DNA of 64,000 nt from an uncultured delta proteobacterium (GCA_963769935.1 CAVYNY010000020.1:473609-537608), one strand, 5' to 3'; shown: positions 1-14,084, counted from the stretch's first letter. Notes: generated by a model from the sequence alone, not told the origin. Program-made: numbers and translations.

Positions 1-2013
1 GTGTTGCTACTATTATAGTAATTGCTGGATTGGGTATTATCGAAATGATTCTAATTGCACCCTATCCGGCGAACTATCTTTATTATGCCGGTTTGATTCT
101 CGTTATAATCTTCGGCTATACATTTTTTAAACTCAGGTTTATTTGGGCAACCTTGGCAGGCTGGATAAGTCGTCATCGCATACGATGCGCTGCCGGATGG
201 GTAATTGATACACCGATTCACATATTCTTAAGCAACAATTTCTTCTTTCTGTCGGGTAACATCATCGGTATGTTTGCATGTTATTCGATCGAGTTATATT
301 GCCGCAAGGTGTTTATTAAAACCCGTTTGCTAAAAGCTGAAAAAAGGAAAGTCAAAGCCTCGAATCGTGAGCTTGAAAAAAGAGTCAGGGAACGTACGAC
401 GCAATTGGTCGATATAAACAATGAGCTGCGAAATGAGGTGACTGAAAGAAAAATAGCCGAGAATGCTGCAAGAGAAAGCGAGTTGAAATTTAAATGCTTA
501 AGCGAAAACTCGCCGGAAATTATTTATACACTCGATTACAATGGAAGCTTCAGCTACGTTAATCCCGCCTGGGAAAAAGTGCTCGGGTACAGCCGCTCAG
601 AAGTGCTCAGGAAATTTTTTGTTGATTTTGCATCTGAAAAGGATGTCAAAAAATATATTGGAATGTTCAAACGGATCCGAAACAACAGGGATACGATCAT
701 TGATGTCGTCGGGTCCTTGACGCATAAGGATGGTTCAGAGCGCTTGTTTAACCTCAGCGGGGCGCCCAATTTGAACTCAGATGGTCAGGTTGTCGGCATG
801 GTCGGACTCATTAAAGATATCACCGAACAACAGAAGCTCCAAATGCAGCTTATTCAAGCTCAAAAAATGGAAGCTCTCGGCACGCTTGCTGGGGGAATCG
901 CCCACGATTTCAACAACATCCTAACCGCCATTATAGGATATGGTGAGCTTGCCTCCATGGATGTCTCTGATGACGAGGTACTGGCAAATAATATTTGCAA
1001 TATGTTAAAAGCCTCCCAGCGAGCCAAGGAATTGGTTGGGCAGATACTCGCTTTTAGCCGCCAGACCCAGGAAACTCTGAAACCGGTTGAAATCAAAAAT
1101 ATAGCCGGGGAAGTTTTAAAGCTGCTAAGAGCTTCGCTGCCCAGCACTATTGAAATCCGTCCCGACATAGACCCGGAGTGCGGAATTGTGGAGGCTGTTC
1201 CCTCCCAAATACATCAGCTGTTGATGAATCTTTGTACGAACGCTGCCGCGGCAATGGCGGCAGATGGAGGATTGCTTGCAGTAAGTCTTAAAAATGAAAA
1301 AATCGACCGTTTTCAGGCTAAAATGTGTCAGAATATAGAGCCCGGCCTTTATGTCGTCTTAACCGTTAAGGACACCGGGCAAGGGATGGCGCCTGAAATA
1401 ATGGGAAAAAATATTTGATCCGTACTTTACCACAAAAGAAAAAGGCAAAGGGACCGGACTCGGATTGGCTGTCGTGCATGGCATTGTAAATAGGCACCAT
1501 GGGGGGATCACCGTTGAAAGCCAGGTCGGGGTCGGCACCACATTCCGCGTATATTTGCCGGTTCTGGAGTTGGAACTAACCACCGAAAGGGAAGAACCAA
1601 ACCAGAATTTGCCTGAAGGCCATGAATGTATCCTCTTTGTGGATGATGAGGAAGATATTCTCGATACCGGATCACGAATGTTATCCCGGCTTGGATATGA
1701 AGTTGTTACCAAATCAAACAGTATTGAGGGACTGGATTTATTCAGGGAAAATCCTGAGCGGTTTGATTTGGTGATAACCGATATGACCATGCCTAAATTG
1801 ACGGGCGACAAATTGGCCCGTGAGCTGATGCAGATTCGACCTGATATACCGGTTGTTCTTTGCACCGGATATAGTGAAAATATAAATGAGGAAACGGCCA
1901 AGAAGATCGGCATCAAAAAGCTCAGTATCAAACCATTTGGAATTCGGGATTTAGCAGAGACAGCCCGCAGGGCGATAGACGAAGCCAAGGCTCAGAATTC
2001 AGTAATTGTCTAG
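1..2013 (+). CDS. Membrane PAS-domain hybrid sensor histidine kinase/response regulator; 5'-partial and frameshifted near 1404
   Basis: The frame is open from base 3. It shows TM helices, a PAS domain, an H-box ([13 protein letters not shown]) and an N-box. Removing one base at atgggaaaaaatatttgat restores ..[21 protein letters not shown], which continues into ORF 1465..2013 with a REC domain (ILFVDDE, DMTMP). Confidence 0.85.
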
Positions 2014-2186
2014 TTTCAGCATGGCCGAGAAGCCATGACCACCCGTCGATTTCGGGGTTAATGATCCTGGATTTTTCCCGGAATCGTGCAGCCTGCTTTA
2101 AGCATTTAATTTAGCAATCCATGAATGCCCAACAGAAATCAAATTATTCCGCCTGCCAGCTGCCGAATTCTAATACTTCTATCCAT

Positions 2187-2996
2187 CTATTTCAAGTATA
2201 TGACCGGCCCGGAGGTGTACTGGTCCGCCACTGTCAGCCGGGCGCTGCAGCGGGTGAGGGCCTGGGAGACTTCTTCGAGTGCTTTATAGGGCGTGTTGTT
2301 GATTTCACTGAGATGGGCCAGGATGACGTGCTGCAGCTTCTCATGCTGCAATTCATGGAGCAGTTTTCTGGAGTCGGAGTTGGAAAGATGCCCGGTCCGG
2401 CTTTGAATGCGCTGTTTCAGCGGCCAGGGGTAGGGTCCGGTCTCCAGCATTTGCGGATCGTGATTGGCCTCGAGAATCAGCAGCGCACAATGTTTTAAAT
2501 GCTCCTTTACCATGGCGGTTGCGATTCCCATGTCGGTTGCGATGGCCATTCGGGTTCCGTTGCTGCCGACGGTAAAGCCGGCCGGGTCCTCGGCATCGTG
2601 CGATATTGAAAACGGATGGATGGCAAGATCGCGGATGTTGAAGGTGGTTCCGCATTCAAACGGCCTGATTTCATGCGGCCTGCCGATTTCAGCCGCGGCG
2701 CTGTGCGTGTGCTGATTTATGTAGACCGGCAGTTTATAGCGCCGGGAAAGGATGCCAACCCCCCTGGTGTGATCGCTGTGCTCATGGGAGACGATAATGG
2801 CATTCAGCTTTGCCGGATCCAGCCCCCGGGAGGTCAACCGGCGCTGAATCTCCTTGCCGGACAGCCCGGCGTCGATCAGGATGGATGTGTGACCGTTGCT
2901 GATATAAGTCGCATTGCCCTTGCTGCCGCTGGCCAGGGTGCAGACGGACAGGGAATATTCCTGGGGTTCGTCATGTTTTGGAGTATCAGAGTTCAT
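2187..2996 (-). CDS. MBL-fold metallo-hydrolase (YycJ/WalJ-like)
   Basis: Motifs LASGSKGN, SHEHSDH, LEANHD, GHLSN and HLSE. Confidence 0.9.
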   Translation of the reverse strand: MNSDTPKHDEPQEYSLSVCTLASGSKGNATYISNGHTSILIDAGLSGKEIQRRLTSRGLDPAKLNAIIVSHEHSDHTRGVGILSRRYKLPVYINQHTHSAAAEIGRPHEIRPFECGTTFNIRDLAIHPFSISHDAEDPAGFTVGSNGTRMAIATDMGIATAMVKEHLKHCALLILEANHDPQMLETGPYPWPLKQRIQSRTGHLSNSDSRKLLHELQHEKLQHVILAHLSEINNTPYKALEEVSQALTRCSARLTVADQYTSGPVIYLK

Positions 2997-3045
2997 CAGT
3001 CCTGTTTTATGATTTATGATTGGGACAATTTTTATTAGGATTTAA

Positions 3046-3228
3046 TTTTCACCGCAAGGACAATCCGTCTGAAAAGCAGGAAATTGGCTGCGCGTGGCGG
3101 AAGGAAACAAAACACAATAACAATTGCCCGAAGGGCTTGGGTTTATTTCTTTTCGGCCTCTCACCGAAAAGAAATAAGAAAAATACCCACTGCGCCCTTT
3201 GCGTCTTGAGCGAAGCGGGCGGTGAATC
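3046..3228. repeat. Intergenic palindromic (MITE/REP-like) element
   Basis: Ends TCACCGC...GCGGTGA. The right arm ctgcgccctttgcgtcttgagcgaagcgggcggtga resembles ctccgcggcctctgtgagctctaacggagtgggcgtga at about 59668-59705. Confidence 0.5.
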
Positions 3229-3403
3229 CATTTTTAAAGGTCGTTATAAATAACGCAAATAACAAATTATTGAAAGCTTAAACTTAGTGTTGTTGACTGA
3301 TATATTATTCAACGTTATTAAACTAATACATTTTAATTATTTGTTAAATACCAAAAAGCGGTCAGATAAAAATAATAAAAATCTAAAGTAGAGACTCCTG
3401 ACA

Positions 3404-3868
3404 ATGAATACTCTTGAAATTGAAACAAAAGCCGTGAACCCTCTGATTGGAGACACAATTCCGCTTCCCGCCTATGCGACTGAAGGATCGGCTGCCATTG
3501 ATTTGAGAGCCTGCATAGCGGATGAGATCGAGATTCAGCCCGGAGAAACAGCATTGATCGGCAGCGGAATTGCGGTTAATATAAAAGATCCGAATATCGT
3601 CGGTATTATCGCACCGCGTTCGGGTTTGGGGATAAAGAAGGGGGTTGTGCTGGCCAATACGATCGGCGTTATCGATTCCGATTACCAGGGTGAAATTAAG
3701 ATCGGACTTTTTAACCGGGGGAAAGCCACCTATATTGTAAAGCCCGGTGAACGCATATGCCAAATGCTGTTTATACCTGTAATTAAGGCTGTCCTGAATT
3801 TAGTTCAGGATTTCAGCAATGAAACAGCTCGGGGGCAAGGGGGTTTCGGCCATAGCGGGAAAATTTAA
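3404..3868 (+). CDS. dut: dUTP diphosphatase
   Basis: Motifs SAAIDL, PRSGLG, GVIDSDYQG and RGQGGFGHSG. Confidence 0.97.
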   Translation: MNTLEIETKAVNPLIGDTIPLPAYATEGSAAIDLRACIADEIEIQPGETALIGSGIAVNIKDPNIVGIIAPRSGLGIKKGVVLANTIGVIDSDYQGEIKIGLFNRGKATYIVKPGERICQMLFIPVIKAVLNLVQDFSNETARGQGGFGHSGKI

Positions 3869-3904
3869 GTGGGGATCGGCAGACAGTTAGGGCCTAAAGA
3901 GAGG

Positions 3905-3934
3905 GCGGCGTTTCAGACTGTGTTGAAACGCCGC
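3905..3934. terminator. GC-rich hairpin between convergent dut and katG
   Basis: 11-bp perfect stem gcggcgtttca / tgaaacgccgc. Confidence 0.55.
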
Positions 3935-4065
3935 GCTCATATGTTGCTGACAGCCTCCGTGAGCATTCAAACCATCCGTCCGTTCGTGGCGGTTGTCGCT
4001 TCCTGATCATCCGATTTGCAGTTCAGAATACGCTTCGGAAGCCCACGAAGATCTTTATGCTGCGA

Positions 4066-6288
<2,223 letters not shown>

Positions 6289-6368
6289 TTATGCACCGTG
6301 GTGCTATCAACATAAGGCACCGGTGCCCATCTATCTAATTAATTTTATCGAAATAAAAAATATTATAG

Positions 6369-6382
6369 GAGAATGACTATCA
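6369..6382. promoter_or_regulatory. Fur/PerR-box-like site upstream of katG
   Basis: The minus strand reads TGATAGTCATTCTC (compare the Fur box core GATAATCATTATC), just upstream of a TATAAT on the katG strand. Confidence 0.5.
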
Positions 6383-6402
6383 ATCAATGGCAAAAAAATA
6401 TA

Positions 6403-6846
6403 TTAAACTTTCTCTGCCTTACAATCGCTGCATAAACCGAAAAAGTCCAACCTATGACTCAGAATTTTAAAATTAGTCTCTAATGCGACCTCTTTTTTCA
6501 TTTCATCCAGGCTTTCCAGGTCCGGGTCGACAATTTTTTTACACTTGATACAAATGACGTGTGGATGGGGGGTCGGCTTGTTTCCATCATAGCGGTTGCT
6601 CCAATCCGGGAACCCTAACTCAAGAACTTCACCAAGCGACTTAATTAATAGAATATTTCTGTACACAGTGGCCAGACTCATTGTCGGAAAGTCTTTTTTT
6701 ATCTGGACATGGATATTTTCAACACTGGGATGGCCTTCACTTTTGGCAAGGATTTTAACGATAGCCAGCCGCTGAGGTGTTAGCTTGTGGCCATTATCCC
6801 TTAATTTTTGGATGATGATTTCAAATCTATTTTTATGATCTGTCAA
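6403..6846 (-). CDS. perR: Fur-family transcriptional repressor, PerR-like
   Basis: Motifs LTPQR, GHPS, SLATVYR, HPHVICIKC and C-terminal CSDC. It lies directly upstream of katG. Confidence 0.85.
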   Translation of the reverse strand: MTDHKNRFEIIIQKLRDNGHKLTPQRLAIVKILAKSEGHPSVENIHVQIKKDFPTMSLATVYRNILLIKSLGEVLELGFPDWSNRYDGNKPTPHPHVICIKCKKIVDPDLESLDEMKKEVALETNFKILSHRLDFFGLCSDCKAEKV

Positions 6847-6865
6847 CTGAAGCCTCTTTATCTTA

Positions 6866-6882
6866 AATAATAATTATTCTCA
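6866..6882. promoter_or_regulatory. Fur/PerR-box-like palindrome upstream of perR
   Basis: AATAAT-A-ATTATT inverted repeat. The minus strand reads TGAGAATAATTATT, downstream of a TTGACT -35-like hexamer at 6904-6909. Confidence 0.5.
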
Positions 6883-7278
6883 ATTAACATTAATTTCCTT
6901 TTCAGTCAACGCCTATTTCAATCGTTCATATATGATAACTTCATTGGATAATTTGTATCAATTTTAATCTGTTCAATTTAGCCAGAGCCTTGGCTTATTT
7001 CCAAACAGCATAGAGGACGTTGGGGACCACTATAAAATTGAAACTTTCGGGGGAAAAAATAATTAAGGAATCCCATGATAAAGATTGAAATTTTGGCCAA
7101 ATCCTCTTCCTTTGTGTATCGTTACTGAAGCAGCCATTTTTTTTAGCAACCTGATTCCTATCTTAAGAAAACAATATTTCCCAAAATATGAAAAGCTTGG
7201 TATGAGAACAAAATCTTTAAGACTTTTTAGCCTTCAAAAATATTGCTGATTGAGACTTAACCAACCAGGGAGGGGGAG

Positions 7279-8031
7279 ATGTCCATGGATTTTTCCGGTA
7301 AGGTGGCAATTATTACCGGCGTTGCCGGCGGAATTGGACTTGCTATAGCTACAATGCTCGGAGAGCAGGGAGCAACCGTAATAGGGTGTGATTTTCAGGA
7401 AGAAAAGCTGGAACAAGCCCAAAAAGAGCTGCAAACGAGGAATATTGAAATAGTGGTAGTCAAAGCCGATATCGAAAATATCAATGAAATTAAAAAACTT
7501 TTTTCAAAGGCAAAAAAGGATTTTAAACGAATTGACATTTTGGTTCAGACCGCAGGCGTCTGTTACAGCTCTGCGGTGCCTGAAATTACTCCTGAGGAAT
7601 GGGATTACGTTTGCGCTGTAAATCTTAAATCGGTTTTCTTTGCCGCCCAGGAGGCACTCAAGTATATGTGCCCGCAAAAGTATGGAAAAATAATCAATAT
7701 TTCATCAGTTGCAGGAAAAAGCGGTGGTGTTGCGGTAGGTGCCCATTATGCGGCGACAAAGGCCGCTGTGATATGTCTTACCAAGTCCCTTGCGCTCTAT
7801 GCAGCTCCCTTTGGTGTCAATATCAACTGCGTTTGTCCAGGCCCGATTAAGACCCCGATGACCGATGTCTGGGGTGAAACAATCAATAAATCATTTGCGG
7901 AAAAGATTCCTTTCAAACGTTACGGTACGCCCCAAGAGGTTGCAGAAGCCATTTGCTTTCTCGCCTCAGATCGGGCCCGGTATATTACCGGTGAAACCAT
8001 GGATGTGAACGGCGGTCTGGTAATGGATTGA
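7279..8031 (+). CDS. SDR family oxidoreductase (FabG-like)
   Basis: Motifs TGVAGGIG, YAATK, NCVCPG and YITGETMDVNGG. Confidence 0.92.
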   Translation: MSMDFSGKVAIITGVAGGIGLAIATMLGEQGATVIGCDFQEEKLEQAQKELQTRNIEIVVVKADIENINEIKKLFSKAKKDFKRIDILVQTAGVCYSSAVPEITPEEWDYVCAVNLKSVFFAAQEALKYMCPQKYGKIINISSVAGKSGGVAVGAHYAATKAAVICLTKSLALYAAPFGVNINCVCPGPIKTPMTDVWGETINKSFAEKIPFKRYGTPQEVAEAICFLASDRARYITGETMDVNGGLVMD

Positions 8032-8123
8032 ATGCTTTTCTTTACTTTAATTCGTGCTTATTCGTGTCAATTCGTGGCTAACTGAGATTCTTAAGAGGCT
8101 AAGATCATACCTTCCGGCTTTTC

Positions 8124-9392
8124 TTACTTAAACAGGATTTCTTCAAACGCCTGCTGATCGTCCTCGACCGGACCCAGCAACGTCAGCGCCATCTGGTCGC
8201 GGTTGAAAAGCTCGTTGGCCGTATTCAGGAGGTCGTCCGCGGTAACCGCTTCGATTTTATCGATGATTGTTTCCAGGTCAATGTCATTTTCATAGTGAAT
8301 TTCGTTTTGGGCACAGCGCACCATCTGATTGTCGGCACTTTCGGAGGCCAGCAATAAACTTCCCTTGGTGTATTCCTTGGCGCCTTTGAGCTCGGAGGAA
8401 TCGACCGGTTCCTGTTTTATGCGGTCGATTTCATCCAGCACAGGAAAGATAGATTCCCGGGCACGTTTAGGATCAACGCCCATGTAAAAGCCGAACATGC
8501 CGGTGTCCACATGGGAAGAGACAAAGGAATACACCGAGTAGGCAAGCCCCCGGCGTTCCCGCACCTCCTGAAACAGCCTTGAGCTCATATTGCCCCCCAG
8601 AACGGTATTGAGTAGGGAGCAGGCATAACGGCGCGGGTCGGTGATGGATATGCCCGGGGCGTTGAGGCAAATGTGCATCTGCTCCAGGTTGCGGTGGTTG
8701 AGGGCCACCACCGACATTCCCCGGGGCATTATGCGCTGCGGAAAGCCGTTCCGGGGCGGGATAGTCTCAAATACCGGAGCCACCAGATTCACCAGACGCC
8801 GGTGGTCGATATTGCCGGCGGCTGCAATTACAATGCGGTCGGGTTGATACAGGCGGTGGAAAAAATTTTTGATGGTTTGGGCATCGAAACGCACGATATT
8901 TTCCGGCGGGCCGAGAATCGATCGGCCCAGGGGATTTTCCCCCCAGAAATTCTGATTTGACAGCACATGGATGTATTCCTCCGGGCTGTCTTCGACCATG
9001 CCGATTTCCTGCAGGATCACCGGGCGTTCCTTGTCGATCTCGACCGGATCAAAAACCGAGTTGACAAAAATATCGGCCAGAATATCGACCAGGGTCTCCG
9101 TTTGGCTGTCGATCACCCTGGCATAGTAGCAGGTGTTTTCCATGGTCGTAAAGGCATTGGTGTGCCCGCCGATGGCATCGAATTCTTTGGCTATCTGAAA
9201 AGCGGTGCGTTTAAGAGTGCCTTTAAAAATCATGTGTTCGATGAAATGGGAGAGTCCGCATTCCAACGCGGATTCATCCCGGGCCCCCACATTGACCCAA
9301 ACCCCAATGGAAACCGAACGGGAGTAGGGCATGTTCCGGGTAACAATCCGGACACCGTTTTCAAGGGTGGTTTTAACTACGGGTCCGTCCAT
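8124..9392 (-). CDS. M16 family (pitrilysin-like) zinc peptidase
   Basis: Motifs [11 protein letters not shown] and [17 protein letters not shown]. It occupies the usual position after pnp. Confidence 0.95.
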   Translation of the reverse strand: MDGPVVKTTLENGVRIVTRNMPYSRSVSIGVWVNVGARDESALECGLSHFIEHMIFKGTLKRTAFQIAKEFDAIGGHTNAFTTMENTCYYARVIDSQTETLVDILADIFVNSVFDPVEIDKERPVILQEIGMVEDSPEEYIHVLSNQNFWGENPLGRSILGPPENIVRFDAQTIKNFFHRLYQPDRIVIAAAGNIDHRRLVNLVAPVFETIPPRNGFPQRIMPRGMSVVALNHRNLEQMHICLNAPGISITDPRRYACSLLNTVLGGNMSSRLFQEVRERRGLAYSVYSFVSSHVDTGMFGFYMGVDPKRARESIFPVLDEIDRIKQEPVDSSELKGAKEYTKGSLLLASESADNQMVRCAQNEIHYENDIDLETIIDKIEAVTADDLLNTANELFNRDQMALTLLGPVEDDQQAFEEILFK

Positions 9393-11472
9393 CGCCCTCT
9401 TCCAAAACTGCCTTGTGGCTCAACCGAATTTTGCCGTCCCGGCTGATTTCCAGCACCTTTACCTTGATTTTGTCGCCTTCCTTGACAATATCGGTTACTT
9501 TGGTCACCCGGTGGTTGGCCAGCTGCGAGATGTGCACCAGACCGTCCGTGCCGGGCATGATCTGAACAAAAGCGCCGAAATCCGTAATTTTTACAACCGT
9601 GCCTTCGTAAATCGCACCGACTTCCGGCTCGCGGGTCAGGTTTTCAATCATCTTAACGGCCGCGTCACATTCCTCTTTTGAGAAAGCGGCAATTTTAACC
9701 GCACCGGAGTCTTCAATTTCAATGGTGGTGCCGGTTTCGCTCTGGATGCCGCGAATAACTTTCCCGCCGGGGCCGATGACTTCGCGGATTTTATCAGGAT
9801 GGATCTGGATGGTGCTGATGGTCGGTGCGTAGGGTGAAATTTCATGCCGCGGCTCTTTAATGGCTTCTTCCATTTTATCGAGGATATGCAGACGACCGGT
9901 TCTGGCCTGGGCCAGGGCCTTTTCCAAGATGTCTCTGGAGAGTTCATGGATTTTGATGTCCATCTGAAGCGCCGTGATTCCTTCCCGGGTGCCGGCCACC
10001 TTAAAGTCCATATCGCCGGTGTGATCTTCATCACCCAGAATGTCGGAAAGGATCACAATCTGATCGCCTTCCTTGACCAGGCCCATGGCAATGCCGGCCA
10101 CCGGCGCCTTGATGGGCACGCCGCCGTCCATCAGTGCCATACAACAGGCGCAGACGGTTCCCATGGAGGAAGATCCGTTGGATTCAAGGACCTCGGACAC
10201 CAGCCGAATGGTGTAGTCAAAGTCTTCTTTGTTGGGCAGAATTTTTTCAATAGCCCGGGTGGACAATCCGCCGTGGCCGATATCCCGCCGGCTGGGGCCT
10301 CCGATGCGTTTTACCTCACCAACGGAATAGGGCGGAAAGTTGTAATGCAGCATAAACGGACGAAATTCTTCGCCGCTCAAAGTTTCCACGCGCTGTTCGT
10401 CCTGTCCGGAGCCCAGGGTCAGCACACCCAGCACCTGGGTTTCACCCCGGGTAAAAAGGGCGCTGCCGTGGGGACGGGGCAGAATGCCGACTTCACAGGA
10501 AATCGGCCGGATCATGTCAAACCGGCGGCCGTCGATACGGCGGCCCTCTTTCAGGATGAGATCGCGCGAGATTTGCTTCTGTAAATCGCTTAATATTTCG
10601 TAGGCTTCCTCCGTTTGATCGGCATAGTCTTCACCTAATTTTTCAACCAGCTGCATCTTGACAGCGCGCAACGCTTCGTAGCGCTTTATCTTGTCGGGAA
10701 TTGCGATTGCCTCCCGGATAAGCGGGCGGGCTTCTGCTGCCAGCAAATTGACAAGATTCTCCGGTCTGGCCGGCGGCTCAAATGCCTGTTTTTCCGCACC
10801 GTTGGTCTCGCGCAGTTTCAGCTGCAGGTCAATCAGGGGCTGCAGGGACAGGTGGCCGAAAAATATGGCTTCCAGCATGTCGGCCTCGCTGACCAGATTT
10901 CCGCCGCCTTCCACCATTACCACACCCGTCTTGGAGCCGGCCACGATTATACTGATATCGCTTTTACCCCAATCCGCCAGGGGCGGATTGATTTTCAGCC
11001 GGCCGTCGATGCGTCCGACCCGCACGCTTGCAATGGGACCGGCAAAGGGGATATCTGAAATCGTAAGGGCGGCCGAAGCCCCCAGCATGGCCAATGTGTC
11101 CGGATCGTTTTCCTGATCCATCGACAGTACGGTGGCGATTACCTGGGTCTCCCGGCGATAGTCTTTCGGAAACAGCGGGCGGATGGGCCGATCAATCAAG
11201 CGGGCCGTCAGGGTTTCCTTTTCACTGGGACGGCCGATCTCGCGTCTAAAATAATTGCCCGGTATGCGGCCGGCGGCATAGATTTTTTCCTGATATTCGA
11301 CGGAAAGCGGCAAGAAATTCGACGACTTCTCTTCTTTCGCCGACACCACGGTAACCAGCACGATGGTATCGCCGTACTGGACCACTACCGAACCGGATGC
11401 CTGTTTGGCAACCTTGCCGGCCTGAATGCTGAGGGTTTTCCCATCGATTTCTTCTTTTAACAAAATTTCCAT
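9373..11472 (-). CDS. pnp: Polyribonucleotide nucleotidyltransferase
   Basis: RNase PH domains ([20 protein letters not shown]), DMDFKVAG, and KH and S1 domains. Start placed at ATG 11472 ([12 protein letters not shown]), which follows GAGGAG. Confidence 0.98.
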   Translation of the reverse strand: MEILLKEEIDGKTLSIQAGKVAKQASGSVVVQYGDTIVLVTVVSAKEEKSSNFLPLSVEYQEKIYAAGRIPGNYFRREIGRPSEKETLTARLIDRPIRPLFPKDYRRETQVIATVLSMDQENDPDTLAMLGASAALTISDIPFAGPIASVRVGRIDGRLKINPPLADWGKSDISIIVAGSKTGVVMVEGGGNLVSEADMLEAIFFGHLSLQPLIDLQLKLRETNGAEKQAFEPPARPENLVNLLAAEARPLIREAIAIPDKIKRYEALRAVKMQLVEKLGEDYADQTEEAYEILSDLQKQISRDLILKEGRRIDGRRFDMIRPISCEVGILPRPHGSALFTRGETQVLGVLTLGSGQDEQRVETLSGEEFRPFMLHYNFPPYSVGEVKRIGGPSRRDIGHGGLSTRAIEKILPNKEDFDYTIRLVSEVLESNGSSSMGTVCACCMALMDGGVPIKAPVAGIAMGLVKEGDQIVILSDILGDEDHTGDMDFKVAGTREGITALQMDIKIHELSRDILEKALAQARTGRLHILDKMEEAIKEPRHEISPYAPTISTIQIHPDKIREVIGPGGKVIRGIQSETGTTIEIEDSGAVKIAAFSKEECDAAVKMIENLTREPEVGAIYEGTVVKITDFGAFVQIMPGTDGLVHISQLANHRVTKVTDIVKEGDKIKVKVLEISRDGKIRLSHKAVLEEGDGRTRS

Positions 11473-11730
11473 TTTTTTCTCCTCACTCTGAGTGACGCCG
11501 GATCGGATTGGGCCGGGCATTTGAAAAGGATTGCCTTCATGCCCAGACATTGCCACACAGCCTGCCGACGCATATCCGGCGCTTAAATGCGCCGGCTCCT
11601 GCCAGCAACGTAAAGTGGCGGAGATTGGCACCCGCTGAGTGCGCAAGAATATCGGGTGATGATGCAGTCTGTGCCGGCGTAAAATTTTCTGTGGTGTGGA
11701 TGGGCATACAGGTTCGTTGGGGCCTGCTGT

Positions 11731-12000
11731 TTACCTTTTCAAACCCAGGGTTTCAATAATTGTCCGGTAACGGTTGACATCTTTGAACTTTACATAGTTG
11801 AGCAGTCGTCGGCGTCTTCCGACCAGCATCAACAATCCTCTGCGGGAATGATGATCCTTCTTGTGAACTTTCAGATGTTCGGTAAGATAGGAGATTCGGT
11901 GGGTCAAAAGCCCAACCTGCACTTCCGGCGATCCCGTATCGGACTCGTGCAATTTAAATTTTTCGATCAGCTTCTTTTTATCTTCTGTTGTGAAAGCCAC
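11731..12000 (-). CDS. rpsO: 30S ribosomal protein S15
   Basis: Motifs DTGSPEVQV and [12 protein letters not shown]. Confidence 0.99.
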   Translation of the reverse strand: MAFTTEDKKKLIEKFKLHESDTGSPEVQVGLLTHRISYLTEHLKVHKKDHHSRRGLLMLVGRRRRLLNYVKFKDVNRYRTIIETLGLKR

Positions 12001-12183
12001 TTTCTTTTTTGCCTCCTCTTGTTTATATCTGAATTTTTAGCACGTTGGTTCCAACTCCAACGTCCGGGCTTCCCTTCCAAGGATTGACTTAGCGCGGTGT
12101 TTGTTGTTTTAAAATTCAGGTTCAATTATTTTTTTATTTTAGCTTATATAATTTCAACAAAAACCGCAATGAATCTCCTAAAT

Positions 12184-13113
12184 TCAATTGTTCGGTTGGA
12201 CGAACACGCAGCAGTAGTTCAGCTGATCACTCGCTGCGCGGTGCTCCACGATGGCAATCAGATCGCCTTTCCGATCAAGGATTTTTACAAAAGGGTCCTG
12301 GATACCGATGCCGGCGTGCGAATCGCCCAGGTCCTGCACGGTCAGGCTTTGGCCGTGTCGAATTTTTTCAACTAGCTGCTCAGCGGCATAGGATTCGGAC
12401 ATTGCCGGCAAGGCATCCTTCATGCTGATCAGGCGCTGCGTCAGCTTTCGGCTCCGGGCCAGTTCTGCCAATTCGGACAGCGGCGTCGCCTGATCCAGCG
12501 TATAACCGCTGCTTGCCACCCGTTTTAACCGATGCAGATGGCCGCCGCAACCCAGCGACCGGCCGATGTCGGCCGCCAGCGTGCGAATATAGGTTCCGGC
12601 CGAACACGCCACCTCAAAATGGATGAACGGCAGATCGATCTGCATGACGTTTATATCGTAAATATGGACGCTCCGGGGCGGCTTTTGAACCGGTTGGCCG
12701 CGGCGGGCCAGCCTGTAGAGCGGCACCCCTTTGTGCTTCAAGGCCGAATAAACCGGCGGCAGCTGCTCAACGGTTCCTTCAAACGATTTGAATTCATTGC
12801 GTATGGTTTGCTGCGACAATCCAATCGGTTCTGAACCGGCAACAACGGTCCCGGTGAAATCCTGAGTGTCCGTCTCTTCGCCGAGTTTGAGGACGGCAAC
12901 ATATTTTTTAGGGCCGTGCAACAGAAATCCGGCCAGCCGGGTAGCCTGATTTACACAGCATATCAGCACGCCCTCGGCGAATGGGTCCAGCGTGCCGGCG
13001 TGACCGACTTTGGCGGCGTTAAGCGTCTTTTTTACGGTTGCCACCACCCTGGCTGAGGTAATATCCGGTGGTTTATCAATGACGATAATGCCGTTTAATT
13101 TCCCGTCATCCAT
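12184..13113 (-). CDS. truB: tRNA pseudouridine(55) synthase
   Basis: Motifs KVGHAGTLDPFAEG, PPVYSALK and CSAGTYIRTL. Confidence 0.97.
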   Translation of the reverse strand: MDDGKLNGIIVIDKPPDITSARVVATVKKTLNAAKVGHAGTLDPFAEGVLICCVNQATRLAGFLLHGPKKYVAVLKLGEETDTQDFTGTVVAGSEPIGLSQQTIRNEFKSFEGTVEQLPPVYSALKHKGVPLYRLARRGQPVQKPPRSVHIYDINVMQIDLPFIHFEVACSAGTYIRTLAADIGRSLGCGGHLHRLKRVASSGYTLDQATPLSELAELARSRKLTQRLISMKDALPAMSESYAAEQLVEKIRHGQSLTVQDLGDSHAGIGIQDPFVKILDRKGDLIAIVEHRAASDQLNYCCVFVQPNN

Positions 13114-14084
13114 TACAGATTATTGGCCAGGGTAATAATATCCGATTTTAATTTCAGCAGGGTCGTTTCGGCCTGAAAGCCGGCTGCACTGGGATGGCCG
13201 CCCCCGCCGAAAGCACCGGCAATGGCCGCAACATTTACAGATCCGTCCGAGCGCAGGCTCACATGAAACCGGCGCCGGCTGTCGGATCTGGGTTTACCGT
13301 TTCTTTGTTCCTGGATCAGAGCGGCCACTTTGACGTCTTCGATCCGTCTGGCATAGTTTATCATTCCGTCGACATCTTCGGGCTGGGTCTTTGTATATTC
13401 AAACATGCCATTGGTGATGGTCATGATCGACAGTTTACCGTTTTGTGAAATTTCAAGGGAATCCAGCGCCAGGTTTAAAAGTTTGATGCGGCCCAGCGAA
13501 TAGGTTCCAAATACATGCTGAGCGACACTGTACGGTTCAACCCCCAGAGCGGTCATCTTTTGGCTGATGGCAAAGGCAGCCTGATTGGTGTTGGAAAAGC
13601 GGAACGATCCCGTGTCGGTTAAAATACCGGTATAAATGGACGTTGCCATGGCTTTATCAATCGGCGCTTCCAGGCCGGTTATCAATCGGTAGACAATTTC
13701 GGCCGTCGAGCAGGCCTGCGCATCAACGAGCTGCATACAGCCAAAGCCGGTATTTGAAATATGGTGATCAATGTTGATGATGACCGGTATCTGACTGACG
13801 ATGGCACTGGCCTGGCCGATGCGCGACAGGTCGCCGCAATCAAGGATGAGCGCCACATCATACGCTTTGACATTTTTGATATCGGTGACGATACGCTCCA
13901 CTGATGGCAAAAAGCGATAAACCGCCGGAATCGGACTGGCGTTGTACAGGGTTGTTTTTTTGTCAAGCTTACTTAACGCCAACCCCAAGGCCAGCAAAGA
14001 GCTGACGGCGTCTCCGTCCGGGTCTGAGTGTGAGGCCAGCAGAATATGCTGCGCAATTTTAATCTGATTGATTATCTGGTCCAT
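13113..14084 (-). CDS. DHH/DHHA1 phosphoesterase (NrnA-like oligoribonuclease/PAP phosphatase)
   Basis: Motifs HSDPDGD, IDHH, DTGSF and GGGGH. Start may be 14084 or 14096. Confidence 0.93.
   Translation of the reverse strand: MDQIINQIKIAQHILLASHSDPDGDAVSSLLALGLALSKLDKKTTLYNASPIPAVYRFLPSVERIVTDIKNVKAYDVALILDCGDLSRIGQASAIVSQIPVIINIDHHISNTGFGCMQLVDAQACSTAEIVYRLITGLEAPIDKAMATSIYTGILTDTGSFRFSNTNQAAFAISQKMTALGVEPYSVAQHVFGTYSLGRIKLLNLALDSLEISQNGKLSIMTITNGMFEYTKTQPEDVDGMINYARRIEDVKVAALIQEQRNGKPRSDSRRRFHVSLRSDGSVNVAAIAGAFGGGGHPSAAGFQAETTLLKLKSDIITLANNL

Noticed and set aside
11473..11646. N-terminal extension of PNPase in the 757-aa ORF
   Set aside because: A good RBS precedes ATG 11472 and the extension has no PNPase-like character.
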